32,000 nt of DNA, from assembly GCA_000830275.1 (NCBI GenBank), contig CP010424.1, positions 810,001 to 842,000 of the forward strand, written 5' to 3'. Below the pieces are notes generated by a model. It saw nothing but the letters and a program-made list of their open reading frames with translations. It had not been told where the DNA came from and did no database searches. Positions 1 through 8,339 of this stretch are shown here, in pieces. The position numbers were made by a program, and so were the translations under genes. The DNA comes from an archaeon GW2011_AR10 (GTDB lineage: Archaea > Iainarchaeota > Iainarchaeia > Iainarchaeales > GW2011-AR10). Every line of letters begins with the position of its first letter. The first letter of the stretch is position 1.

Positions 1-1401
1 ACCTACAAGACTCCTTTTATCGTTGCAGCAAACAAAATTGACTCAATTAGGGGCTGGCAGCTGCACAAGGGGTCAATAAGCGACAGCTTGAAGGAACAGC
101 ATAAAAGCGTGCTTGAAGAGCTTGACACCAAAGTTTACGAGCTTGTAGGACAGCTTCACGAAAAGGGCTTTAATTCTGAGAGGTTTGACAGGGTTAAGGA
201 CCTCACAAAAGAAGTAATAATTATTCCGACCAGCGCAAAGTTTGGCGAAGGCACTCCGGAAGTATTATTGTTTTTGGCCGGACTCAGCCAAAAGTACCTC
301 GAAAAAAAACTAAGCATTCACGTAAAAGGCAGGGGAAAAGGCACGGTGCTGGATGTGAAAGAGGAAAGAGGGCTTGGAAAAACAATTGATGTGATTCTTT
401 ATGATGGGAACCTCAAGGTTGGAGATGTAATTGTTGTGGGCGGAACAAACGAGCTGATTGTCACAAAAATCAGGGCACTGCTGCAGCCCAAGCCACTGGA
501 TGAGATAAGGAACCCAAAAGAAAAATTCAACAATGTAATGGAAGTGCACGCTGCTGCAGGAGTAAAAATTTCTGCGCCAAACCTTGAAAAGGCGCTCGCA
601 GGTTCGCCGTTAAGGGAAATGGGCGAAAACGCGGAGAGGGAAGTTATGGAAGAAATCCAGCGGGTTAAGATTGACTCTGAAGCAATCGGGCCAGTGCTGA
701 GGGCAGACACGCTCGGCAGCCTTGAAGCATTAACCAAACTCTTGGAGGGAAAAGGCATCAAGGTCAGGAAAGCCGACGTTGGAGATATTTCAAGGCGCGA
801 CATAATGGAGGCTGAAACAATAAAGGAACGGGACCAGTTCAAGGGAGTTGTTTTTGGTTTTCATGTCAAAATGGATGAAGCAGCAAAAGAGGAAGCACTC
901 AAAAAAGAAGTGAAGGTTTTCAGCAGCGATGTTGTTTACAGGCTCTTGGAGGACTACAATAAATGGATTGAAGAAGAAAAGCGGGCTCAAACAAAGGAAA
1001 AAATGGAAAAAATTGTTTTCCCGGCAAAGATCAAAATCCTTTCGGGCTATGTGTTCAGGAACTCCAAGCCCGCAATTGTTGGTGTGCGGATTATTGCTGG
1101 AAAGCTCAGAACAAACATTGAATTATCAAAGAAGGGAAGGGTTGTTGGAAAAGTGAAGGCAATCCAGCTTGAGGGAAAGGACTTGAAGGAAGCAACTGAA
1201 AACCAAGAGGTAGCGATTTCGATTGAAGGCGCAACAGTGGGAAAGAACATTGAGGAAGGGGATGAGCTGATAACTTTTATCCCGAAAAAAAAGCTGGAGC
1301 AGCTGGAAGCAGTAATGGAACAGTTAAGCGAAAGAGAAGTTGATTTGCTTGAGGAAATAAAGGGAATTCAAAAAGTTGAATTGAGGGAGGAGACAGCATG
1401 A
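1..1401 (+). CDS. infB: Translation initiation factor aIF5B (IF2-type GTPase), 5'-truncated by window edge
   Basis: Frame 1 is open from base 1. The first residues TYKTPFIVAANKIDSI carry the NKxD G4 GTPase motif. The rest reads like aIF5B domains II-IV (beta-barrel, alpha/beta, C-terminal barrel). Stop TGA 1399-1401 overlaps the next ATG (ATGA). Confidence 0.9.
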   Translation, partial: TYKTPFIVAANKIDSIRGWQLHKGSISDSLKEQHKSVLEELDTKVYELVGQLHEKGFNSERFDRVKDLTKEVIIIPTSAKFGEGTPEVLLFLAGLSQKYLEKKLSIHVKGRGKGTVLDVKEERGLGKTIDVILYDGNLKVGDVIVVGGTNELIVTKIRALLQPKPLDEIRNPKEKFNNVMEVHAAAGVKISAPNLEKALAGSPLREMGENAEREVMEEIQRVKIDSEAIGPVLRADTLGSLEALTKLLEGKGIKVRKADVGDISRRDIMEAETIKERDQFKGVVFGFHVKMDEAAKEEALKKEVKVFSSDVVYRLLEDYNKWIEEEKRAQTKEKMEKIVFPAKIKILSGYVFRNSKPAIVGVRIIAGKLRTNIELSKKGRVVGKVKAIQLEGKDLKEATENQEVAISIEGATVGKNIEEGDELITFIPKKKLEQLEAVMEQLSEREVDLLEEIKGIQKVELREETA

Positions 1402-1883
1402 ACATTGTTATTTCAGACCCGAAAACAGGCAAGGCTTATTCGAAGAAGATTGAAGGCCCGGAACTATTTTTGAACAAAAAGGTGGGGCAGCAGGTTGCGT
1501 TGAACGGCATTGGCCTCGATGGCTATGAGGCAAAAATAACAGGGGGCTCTGACAAGCAGGGGTTTCCAATGAAAGCAGACTTGGAGGGGACGGGGAGAAG
1601 AAAGGTTTTACTCGTGAAACAAAAAAACAAGGGCATTCGGAGAAGGATTTCTTTCAGGGGCAACATGGTTAGCAGGGAAACCCAGCAGCTGAATCTCCTA
1701 GTAACAAAAACAGGGGCAAAAAACCTTGATGAGCTTATCGGAGTGAAGGAAAAGAAGGAAGAGGAAACACAGGAAAGCATTAAGGAGAAAATGATAAAGA
1801 AAAGCCTTGAAATGGCTGGAACTACTGAGGCAGCAAAGGTTGTTGAAGAGGCAGAACTGAAGAAAGGAGTCAGGAAAAGATAG
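1398..1883 (+). CDS. rps6e: 30S ribosomal protein S6e
   Basis: N-terminal ISDPKTGKAY and the KITGGSDKQGFPM signature of eS6. SD-like GGGAGGAG lies upstream. ATGA overlap with infB. Lys/Glu-rich C-terminal tail. Confidence 0.92.
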   Translation: MNIVISDPKTGKAYSKKIEGPELFLNKKVGQQVALNGIGLDGYEAKITGGSDKQGFPMKADLEGTGRRKVLLVKQKNKGIRRRISFRGNMVSRETQQLNLLVTKTGAKNLDELIGVKEKKEEETQESIKEKMIKKSLEMAGTTEAAKVVEEAELKKGVRKR

Positions 1884-1890
1884 TGATTGC

Positions 1891-3090
1891 ATGAAGGAAG
1901 CCACGCAGGCTGAAATAAACATTGGCATGATTGGGCACGTCGACCACGGTAAAACCAGCCTAGTGCAGGCCTTAACCGGCAAATGGGCTGATACCCACAG
2001 CGAGGAACTCAAGAAAGGCATTTCGATCAGGCTTGGCTATGCAGATGCGTCATTTTATAGGTGCGAGAACTGCAAGGGAAGCGAGTCTTACAGCAATAAA
2101 GAGAAATGCCCAAACTGCGGGAAAAAAGGCACTCTTTTGAGGAAAGTTAGCTTTGTTGATGCGCCGGGCCATGAAACGCTGATGGCTACAATGCTTAGCG
2201 GTGCAAGCCTTATGCATGGAGCAATTCTAGTTATTGCTGCAAATGAACATTGCCCTCAGCCAAGAACGGTGGAGCATTTAATGGCATTAAGCATTACCGA
2301 TACAAAGGACATTATAGTGGTTCAGAACAAAATAGATTTGGTCAGCAAGGAAGCCGCAGAGGAAAACTTCAAGCAAATCAAGGGTTTTCTCAAAGACTAT
2401 GGCTATGAAAGTGCACCGATTATTCCGATTGCAGCCCATTTCGGCACTAACGTGGACTTGTTGATTGAAACAATAGAGAAAACAATTAAGACACCTAAGT
2501 TTGATTCCTCCAAAGAACTCAAAATGTATGTGGTGCGCAGCTTTGATGTGAACAAGCCAGGCACAAAGCCATCTGAATTGAATGGCGGGGTTATTGGAGG
2601 AAGCATTCTTCAAGGAGAATTAATAGAGGGCTCTGAAATTGAAATCACGCCAGGCTTGGAGGACAAAAATATTTTAACAAAGGCAGTTGCTTTAAGTGTG
2701 TCAGAAGGAAGAATTAGAAAAGCAAAACCAGGAGGATTGATTGCTGTTCAAACGCTGCTTGACCCAAACCTTACGAAGAGCGACTTAATGCGCGGGCAGA
2801 TTGTTTCAAAAACAGGAAAGATGCCTGCTCCAACAAGGCAGTTGAGGCTTGAAGTCTACGCTTTAAAGAGGCTTTTAAGCAAGTCTCTGGGTGAAGTAAA
2901 GGTTAATGACTTGCTTGTTTTAACGGTTGGCACTATGACAGGCGTTGGAAATGTTGTGAAACAGTCTGGAAAAAATGAGTTTGAAGTAGCATTGAAGAAC
3001 AGTGTGGTGATTGAAAAAGGGCAAAAGGTGGCCATCAGTAAGAGAGATGGCTCTAGCTGGAGGCTGGCAGCATATGGCATCAGCAAGTAG
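1891..3090 (+). CDS. eif2g: Translation initiation factor aIF2 gamma subunit
   Basis: GTPase motifs GHVDHGKT (G1), DAPGH (G3) and QNKID (G4). Zinc-knuckle insertion CENC...CPNCG typical of a/eIF2-gamma. Domains II/III follow. Confidence 0.95.
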   Translation: MKEATQAEINIGMIGHVDHGKTSLVQALTGKWADTHSEELKKGISIRLGYADASFYRCENCKGSESYSNKEKCPNCGKKGTLLRKVSFVDAPGHETLMATMLSGASLMHGAILVIAANEHCPQPRTVEHLMALSITDTKDIIVVQNKIDLVSKEAAEENFKQIKGFLKDYGYESAPIIPIAAHFGTNVDLLIETIEKTIKTPKFDSSKELKMYVVRSFDVNKPGTKPSELNGGVIGGSILQGELIEGSEIEITPGLEDKNILTKAVALSVSEGRIRKAKPGGLIAVQTLLDPNLTKSDLMRGQIVSKTGKMPAPTRQLRLEVYALKRLLSKSLGEVKVNDLLVLTVGTMTGVGNVVKQSGKNEFEVALKNSVVIEKGQKVAISKRDGSSWRLAAYGISK

Positions 3091-3457
3091 GGTTGCACTT
3101 GACTCAAGTATGCTTTTAACAATTAGCGAGTTCAAAGTGGATGTGTTTGAGGAGGCTAAAAAGTTGCTTGGAAGAGTTGACTTCGTTGTTCCCAGCAAAG
3201 TGAAGGAGGAAATTGAACGAATTGCTGGGCGAGGATTGAAGGAAAGGAAGTCAGTAAAAGTGGCCGAGCAGGCTATGAGGCAGCATAACGTCCAAGTAGT
3301 TGAAGCCGAAGGAAAAAACGCAGATGAAGCACTCTTGTCGTTGAGTGCAAATGCAGTTATTGCCACAAATGACAGGGAACTGAAGAGAAAAATCCTTGAA
3401 AAAAATGGCAAAGTAATGTTTTTAAGAAAAAGGCAGTTCATTGAATTAAGCTCTTAG
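3074..3457 (+). CDS. PIN-domain protein (Fcf1/Utp24-like predicted endoribonuclease)
   Basis: VALDSSML (N-terminal acidic PIN motif) and IATNDRELKRKI (C-terminal PIN motif). It occupies the conserved archaeal position between eif2g and rpoE. I use ATG 3074 (MASASRVALD) rather than track start 3011. It overlaps the eif2g end by 17 nt. Confidence 0.8.
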   Translation: MASASRVALDSSMLLTISEFKVDVFEEAKKLLGRVDFVVPSKVKEEIERIAGRGLKERKSVKVAEQAMRQHNVQVVEAEGKNADEALLSLSANAVIATNDRELKRKILEKNGKVMFLRKRQFIELSS

Positions 3458-3468
3458 GAGGAGAAAAA

Positions 3469-4074
3469 ATGTTCAGGTTGTACAGCATTAAGGACACGGT
3501 CAGGGTTCCGCCAAGCAAGCTTGGAGAGAACTTGAAGGCAACAATTCTTAAATCAATTCAAGAGGAATATGAGGGCTTGCTGGATGAAGACTTAGGCATA
3601 GTTGTGGCTGTAACTGAAATCGAAAGCGTCGGAGAGGGAAAGATTGTGCCGGGAGACGGGGCAGTCTACTATGATGCAGACATTAAAATGCTAATTTACA
3701 AGCCTGAAATGCACGAAGTTGTTGAAGGGGTTGTTTCAGAAATAACCGAGTTTGGAGCGTTCGTTAAAATAGGCGCAATTGAGGGTCTAGTGCACGTAAG
3801 CCAGATAATGGATGACTACATTAACTATGATGCAAAGGCCCCATGCTTTGTTGGAAAGGAATCTTTGAAAAAATTGCAGGTTAATGACACTGTGCTTGCA
3901 AGAATTGTCACTATAAGTTTGAAGGGAAACATTTCCTCCTCAAAGATTGGCCTCACAATGAGGCAGGAAGGCCTTGGAAAAAAAGACTGGAAAAAAATTG
4001 ACGAGAAGGCAAAGAAGAAGAAAGGCGAGGAAATAAAAAAGAAACCCGCAGAAAAGAAAGAGGGAAAGAAATGA
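3469..4074 (+). CDS. rpoE: DNA-directed RNA polymerase subunit E' (Rpo7)
   Basis: Rpo7 N-terminal domain (VRVPPSKLGENL...) followed by an S1 fold (VVEGVVSEITEFGAFVKIGAIEGLVHVSQI). SD GGAGGAG upstream. Unusual Lys-rich C-terminal tail. Confidence 0.92.
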   Translation: MFRLYSIKDTVRVPPSKLGENLKATILKSIQEEYEGLLDEDLGIVVAVTEIESVGEGKIVPGDGAVYYDADIKMLIYKPEMHEVVEGVVSEITEFGAFVKIGAIEGLVHVSQIMDDYINYDAKAPCFVGKESLKKLQVNDTVLARIVTISLKGNISSSKIGLTMRQEGLGKKDWKKIDEKAKKKKGEEIKKKPAEKKEGKK

Positions 4075-4265
4075 ATATGGGAAAAGCATGCAGGCAATGC
4101 AGGTATGTCTTGGAGTCTGGTGACAAGTGCCCAGTGTGTGGAAGCACTGCTTTCACTACTTTTTGGAGGGGCTATGTTATAATAATTGACCCAGAAAAGT
4201 CGGACATTGCAAAGAAAATGGGGATAACTTCAAGGGGCAAGTACGCTTTAAGATTAAGCAGGTAA
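4071..4265 (+). CDS. spt4: Transcription elongation factor Spt4 (RpoE'')
   Basis: 64 aa with zinc ribbon CRQC...CPVCG followed by WRGYVIIIDPEKSDIAKKMGI, the Spt4 NGN-binding region. ATGA overlap with rpoE. Confidence 0.9.
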   Translation: MNMGKACRQCRYVLESGDKCPVCGSTAFTTFWRGYVIIIDPEKSDIAKKMGITSRGKYALRLSR

Positions 4266-4279
4266 AGGAAGGTGAGTCT

Positions 4280-4654
4280 TTGAAGGTTGAAATTGTTTCA
4301 AAAACAGATAACCATTTCTTCAGCAGGCAGGAAATAGAATTTCGAGTGAATGATGCAAAGCAAACCCCTTCAAGGAAAGAGTTAAGGGAAAAAATTGCGG
4401 CTTTGACAAATGCAAAAGAGGAAAGCGTGATTGTGGACGAAATAAGACAGTCTTTTGGCATGCACAAGGTTTTGGGCCGGGCAAGAATCTATCCATCGAA
4501 GAGCAAAATGGAGGAAGTTGAGGAAAAATTCATCATTGAACGAAACTTTGGCAGGAAGAAAAAAGAGGAAACTGGAAAAGAACCAGAAAGCAGTGCTTCA
4601 ACTGAAAAGCAGAGTGCAGAGAAACCAAAAGAGAAAGCAAAGCGCGGGGCCTAG
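4280..4654 (+). CDS. rps24e: 30S ribosomal protein S24e
   Basis: The N-terminus KVEIVSKTDNHFFSRQEIEFRV...TPSRKELREKIA matches the eS24 pattern. The only possible start giving the conserved N-terminus is TTG 4280, preceded by AGGAAGGTGA. Lys/Glu-rich tail. Confidence 0.88.
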   Translation: MKVEIVSKTDNHFFSRQEIEFRVNDAKQTPSRKELREKIAALTNAKEESVIVDEIRQSFGMHKVLGRARIYPSKSKMEEVEEKFIIERNFGRKKKEETGKEPESSASTEKQSAEKPKEKAKRGA

Positions 4655-4734
4655 AACACATTGATGAATGGCCTGAACAAAAATGGTGCTGGCAATTAAA
4701 TTGGAATGGGAGAAGAGAAAAGGAGTGATGGCTT

Positions 4735-4935
4735 ATGGCAGAAAGGGTGGCCCCCCAGAAAAAGAAGGGTGCAAAGCAAAAAAAAGCGGAATTTTATTCG
4801 GTTGAAGGTGAAAAACTGAGAAGGAGCAATAAGTCATGCCCGAAGTGCGGTTCTGGCATTTTCTTGGCGGAGCACACGAACAGGCTGAGCTGCGGAAAAT
4901 GCGGCTACACTGACTGGAAAAAAGGGGGAACCTAG
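4735..4935 (+). CDS. rps27ae: 30S ribosomal protein S27ae
   Basis: 66 aa with a basic N-terminus and zinc ribbon CPKCGSGIFLAEHTNRLSCGKCGYT. SD GGAGTGAT upstream. Confidence 0.9.
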   Translation: MAERVAPQKKKGAKQKKAEFYSVEGEKLRRSNKSCPKCGSGIFLAEHTNRLSCGKCGYTDWKKGGT

Positions 4936-4951
4936 ATTAGCTGCGCCATTT

Positions 4952-5467
4952 TTGACGGATTTATTAATTGACTTTCTGCTTATTTTTGGGCCTGCCTCAT
5001 TTCTTCTTGTTACAAAAAAGGACCCCGTGAAAGAGCTGGGGCTCTACCCTAAAGGGATTAAAACAGATTTTCTGAATGCAGCAATGCTTTTAATTGCACT
5101 AATTGTTATCTCCCTATTGATAACGGCAATTACTTCCTTATTCCAGCTTAATGATTTGGACAAAGTGGCTGAAAGAGTTAAATTTTTGCAGCAGAGCGCC
5201 CCTGTCATTTTTGCTTACTTGCTGATTGTCAGGGTTGTTTCAGAGGAAATTTTTTTCAGAGGCTTTCTGGTTGGAAGGATTGGTTGGATTGGAGCAAGCA
5301 TTGTTTTTGGGCTGGCCCACATATTTTATGGCTCAATTGTGGAGGTTTTCGGCGCAGTAGTCCTTGGAGGAGTGCTTGCAAAAGCGTTTGAGAAAAACGG
5401 GAACTTAATCCCAAACATTTTAGCTCACATGGTTTATAACTTGATTTTTGTGGTTACATTAATATGA
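4952..5467 (+). CDS. CPBP (CAAX/Abi) family intramembrane metalloprotease
   Basis: Multi-TM protein with EEIFFRGFL (motif 1), HIFYG (motif 2) and HMVYNL (motif 3), typical of CPBP proteases. Apparent TTG start. ATGA overlap with sua5. Confidence 0.75.
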   Translation: MTDLLIDFLLIFGPASFLLVTKKDPVKELGLYPKGIKTDFLNAAMLLIALIVISLLITAITSLFQLNDLDKVAERVKFLQQSAPVIFAYLLIVRVVSEEIFFRGFLVGRIGWIGASIVFGLAHIFYGSIVEVFGAVVLGGVLAKAFEKNGNLIPNILAHMVYNLIFVVTLI

Positions 5468-6078
5468 CTGAACTGCTTAAAGTTTCCGGAAAAAACTTTT
5501 CAGATGTTATTGCTAAGGCAGCAGAAGTTCTGCGGAAAGGGGGAACCATTATTTATCCTACTGAAACTAGTTACGGGATTGGTGCAGATGCATTAAACAA
5601 AGAGGCCGTGGAAAAAGTGAAAAAAATAAAGCAGCAAAATGAAAACAAACCTATTTCAGTTATTGTGGCTGATTTAGAAATGCTTTCAGAAATCGCGGAA
5701 ACCAGTGAAACAACCAAAAAACTGGTGAAAAAGTTTATGCCTGGCGCGCTTACATTAATTGTTAGGAAGAGAAAAGGGTTTGAGTGGCTGAGCAGCGACC
5801 AAACAATTGCTTTCAGGGTTTCATCAAATGCAACCGCCAGAGAGCTCTCCAAGAAACTTGGAAGACCCATTACTGCTACAAGCGCCAACGTTCATGGAGG
5901 AGGAGCCTTTTATTCTGGCCGAGAAGCCTTTAGGGCTTTCAATGGAAAGGCAGATGCAATAATTGATGCAGGGGAACTTGAAAAAAAGCCGGCATCTACA
6001 ATTTACAGTGTTGTTTCCAACAAAGTTGTCAGGCTTGGAGAAATCGGAGAAAAAGAAATTGAAGAGGCATTGAAATGA
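5464..6078 (+). CDS. sua5: L-threonylcarbamoyladenylate synthase, short YrdC/TsaC-type Sua5 (t6A pathway)
   Basis: YrdC fold motifs IIYPTETSYGIGADA, PGALTLIV and PITATSAN. 204 aa, so it lacks the C-terminal SUA5 domain. ATGA overlap with kae1. Confidence 0.88.
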   Translation: MTELLKVSGKNFSDVIAKAAEVLRKGGTIIYPTETSYGIGADALNKEAVEKVKKIKQQNENKPISVIVADLEMLSEIAETSETTKKLVKKFMPGALTLIVRKRKGFEWLSSDQTIAFRVSSNATARELSKKLGRPITATSANVHGGGAFYSGREAFRAFNGKADAIIDAGELEKKPASTIYSVVSNKVVRLGEIGEKEIEEALK

Positions 6079-7052
6079 TCTGCTTGGGCATTGAAAGCAC
6101 TGCGCACACGTTCGGTGTGGGAGTAGTTGACGAAAAATGCAGGGTTTTGGCCAATGAAAAGGACAGCCATTCAACTGAGGCCGGAGGCCTTATCCCAAGG
6201 GAGCTGACAGACCACCATGTGATGGCGGCACCGAAAGTAATAGAAAAAGCGCTTCAATCAGCTTCTGTTAAAATGAAAGACATTGAGGTAGTTGCTTTTT
6301 CTATTGGCCCTGGAATCGGGCCTGCACTGAAGGTTGGTGCAGTTGCTGCAAGAACGCTTTCACTAAAATATGGGAAGCCGCTGCTTGGAGTCAATCATCC
6401 AATTGCACACATTGAAATAGGGAAGACTGTTACCGGATGCAATGATCCGCTTGTGGTTTATGCAAGCGGCGGAAACACTCAAATAATCGGTTTTGATTCA
6501 GGCAAATACAGGGTTTACGGTGAAACGCTTGACACTGGTGTTGGAAATCTCCTGGACTCTTTTGGCAGAGAACTTGGCTTGGGTTTTCCGGCTGGCCCAA
6601 AAATTGACGCAATGTACTTTAAGGCAAACAAATTCATTGAACTGCCTTACTCAGTTAAAGGAATGGACCTCCACTTTTCCGGTTTGCTCACTGCTGCCAA
6701 GCAAAATATAGGAAAATGCTCTGAAAAGAATTTGGCGTACAGCTTAATGCACACTGCATTTGCAATGGTTACGGAGGTAACTGAAAGGGCATTGGCTCAT
6801 ACTGGAAAAAAAGAGGTTCTGCTTACAGGTGGCGTGGCCTGCTCTAAAGCCTTGCAGGAAATGATGGAAAAAATGTGCTATGCACGGAAGGCAAAACTTT
6901 TTGTTACTCCTCCAGCGCTGGCTGTTGACAACGGAGCAATGATTGCGTGGCTTGGGCTGATTCAGTTTAAGGCGGGGGACAGAATGAAGCTTGAGGAAAC
7001 AGTTGTAAAGCAGAAATTCAGGGCTGACCAAGTAGTGGCTACTTGGATTTGA
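6075..7052 (+). CDS. kae1: tRNA N6-adenosine threonylcarbamoyltransferase Kae1 (KEOPS catalytic subunit)
   Basis: CLGIESTAHTFGVGVV N-terminus, metal-binding HPIAH motif, and ASKHA-fold C-terminal GGVACSKAL...VDNGAMIA. Confidence 0.93.
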   Translation: MICLGIESTAHTFGVGVVDEKCRVLANEKDSHSTEAGGLIPRELTDHHVMAAPKVIEKALQSASVKMKDIEVVAFSIGPGIGPALKVGAVAARTLSLKYGKPLLGVNHPIAHIEIGKTVTGCNDPLVVYASGGNTQIIGFDSGKYRVYGETLDTGVGNLLDSFGRELGLGFPAGPKIDAMYFKANKFIELPYSVKGMDLHFSGLLTAAKQNIGKCSEKNLAYSLMHTAFAMVTEVTERALAHTGKKEVLLTGGVACSKALQEMMEKMCYARKAKLFVTPPALAVDNGAMIAWLGLIQFKAGDRMKLEETVVKQKFRADQVVATWI

Positions 7053-7057
7053 AGCCA

Positions 7058-7378
7058 TTACCTTTTCATTTTTCTTTTCACTGTTAATTCAAGGGTTTTA
7101 AGGGAGTCTCTTACTGCTTCTAGGAAAGCCCATTTCTCGGATTTTGCTTCAAAAAAGTGGTCCGGGGAACGCAGCATTGAAGTAACAGAGTATTTTTTTC
7201 TGCGGCCTTCAACTTCAAAGGCTTTTACATGCACTTTCAGGTTTGTCTCGCTTTTAATTATTGGCTTTAGCTTAAGGAACGTTTTTTCTCCTTCAGCTAT
7301 TGCCTGGCTTCTTTCAAAGCTGTCTTCTTCCTTGATGCCTACAAACTTGATGAACTCTTTTTGGTTCACTTTTCCCAT
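7058..7378 (-). CDS. Small protein with an HPF/RaiA (ribosome hibernation factor, S30AE)-like pattern
   Basis: 106 aa. Predicted beta-alpha-beta-beta-beta-alpha order: EFIKFVG / SFERSQAIAEGEKTFLKL / NLKVHVKAFE / KKYSVTSML / HFFEAK / KWAFLEAVRDSLKTLELTVKRK. It has the basic C-terminal helix typical of short HPF. Strong SD GGAGGT sits 6 nt upstream of the ATG. The family assignment is by eye only. Confidence 0.45.
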   Translation of the reverse strand: MGKVNQKEFIKFVGIKEEDSFERSQAIAEGEKTFLKLKPIIKSETNLKVHVKAFEVEGRRKKYSVTSMLRSPDHFFEAKSEKWAFLEAVRDSLKTLELTVKRKMKR

Positions 7379-7414
7379 ATTATACCTCCAATTAATAACA
7401 AGCTTATTTTTGTT

Positions 7415-7723
7415 TTAATGAACTAGAGTTTTTCTTTCTTTCCTGAAAACTGAAGTGTAATGGTAAAGCCATACAACTGCAATTACTGTCAGAAGGAAAA
7501 GGAAAAGCTTCACGGGCCAGGAAATGGAAACAGCAGCAGGAAATGAAACGCCGGGATCAAACAGGAAAAGCAAGGCCATCAGCAGAAAAGTCACCAAAAT
7601 GAGTTCTAAAACCACCAGCGCAACAATTCGCGGATCTCCCTTTGCATTGCGAAGGTTTTTCCTTATTCCCTCGTTGGCTTCCTTGTTGAGTTTGCGGAGT
7701 TTATGTAATCTGCCTTCAGCCAT
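7415..7723 (-). CDS. Hypothetical membrane protein (basic N-terminus, 2 TM helices)
   Basis: 102 aa. Charged N-terminus, then two hydrophobic spans (IVALVVLELILVTFLLMALLFLF and VKLFLFLLTVIAVVWLY). TATA-like ATTATTTTATAC upstream on the minus strand. It lies 36 nt upstream of the HPF-like gene. Confidence 0.55.
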   Translation of the reverse strand: MAEGRLHKLRKLNKEANEGIRKNLRNAKGDPRIVALVVLELILVTFLLMALLFLFDPGVSFPAAVSISWPVKLFLFLLTVIAVVWLYHYTSVFRKERKTLVH

Positions 7724-7769
7724 ACAAGTAGAATGTAGTTAGTGGTATAAAATAATGGCGGTTGATGCC

Positions 7770-8207
7770 CTACTCTTGGATGATTCCGAGCTCGCGGTCA
7801 ATTTCTTTGGCTGTTTTCTTCATTTTTGCAAAAACCCTTTCAACGTCTTCCTCTATCTCCTCTATTGTCCGGTAAATGCTCCTGCTCCTGGAAACGTACA
7901 AGCGGCCGTGCCTTACTATTAGGCCAGACCTAATGAGGTTGTTGAGGTGGTTAATTGTGGAGCCGCGGCTCATTCCAATCCTTTCAGCAAGCTCGGTTGA
8001 AGAGATGCTTTCATTGCTTTCAGTGGCCTTAACTATTTCCTTAAAGATGGAGGAAGCAGTCTTCTCCCTATCTATGGGCTCAAAGAAGCCCAGGCTTTGG
8101 CAGATCCAGTTCAATTCGTTGACTGGGTTGCCTGAAAAGGGCTTTTCGACCCTCTTAATGACAATTTTAAAGGCCAGCCTTTGCTTTTTTTCCTCCATAA
8201 AAAGCAT
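7770..8207 (-). CDS. Winged helix-turn-helix transcriptional regulator (ArsR/MarR/TrmB-like)
   Basis: HTH segment ISSTELAERIGMSRGSTINHLNNLIRSGLIV followed by a wing (RHGRLYVSR) and a charged C-terminal helix. The track ORF (to 8627) is over-extended. Its first 140 residues are F/L-rich antisense of grpE and its promoter. Start is ATG 8207 or ATG 8198. The latter sits about 26 nt downstream of a TATA-like TTTTTATTT, which would make it leaderless. Confidence 0.7.
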   Translation of the reverse strand: MLFMEEKKQRLAFKIVIKRVEKPFSGNPVNELNWICQSLGFFEPIDREKTASSIFKEIVKATESNESISSTELAERIGMSRGSTINHLNNLIRSGLIVRHGRLYVSRSRSIYRTIEEIEEDVERVFAKMKKTAKEIDRELGIIQE

Positions 8208-8339
8208 AATGCAGGAAACAAATAAAAAGGTTTTGACTAAAAGATATTTTAAAAGATTAAAAGTTTTAGACAATAGCAGGAACCGCTGAATAAATTTGGC
8301 AGCGGGATAATTTTCTTGGCAGACAATACTCCATAATGG

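Noticed and set aside
3074-3457. PIN-domain gene as a VapC toxin of a toxin-antitoxin pair.
   Set aside because: There is no small antitoxin gene upstream. The gene occupies the conserved archaeal eif2g-PIN-rpoE position typical of the Fcf1/Utp24-like housekeeping PIN family.
4455-4664. Alternative-frame 69-aa ORF overlapping the 3' half of rps24e.
   Set aside because: It is an out-of-frame overlap with a well-supported ribosomal protein gene. The basic low-complexity translation is a by-product of the AAG/GAA-rich tail.
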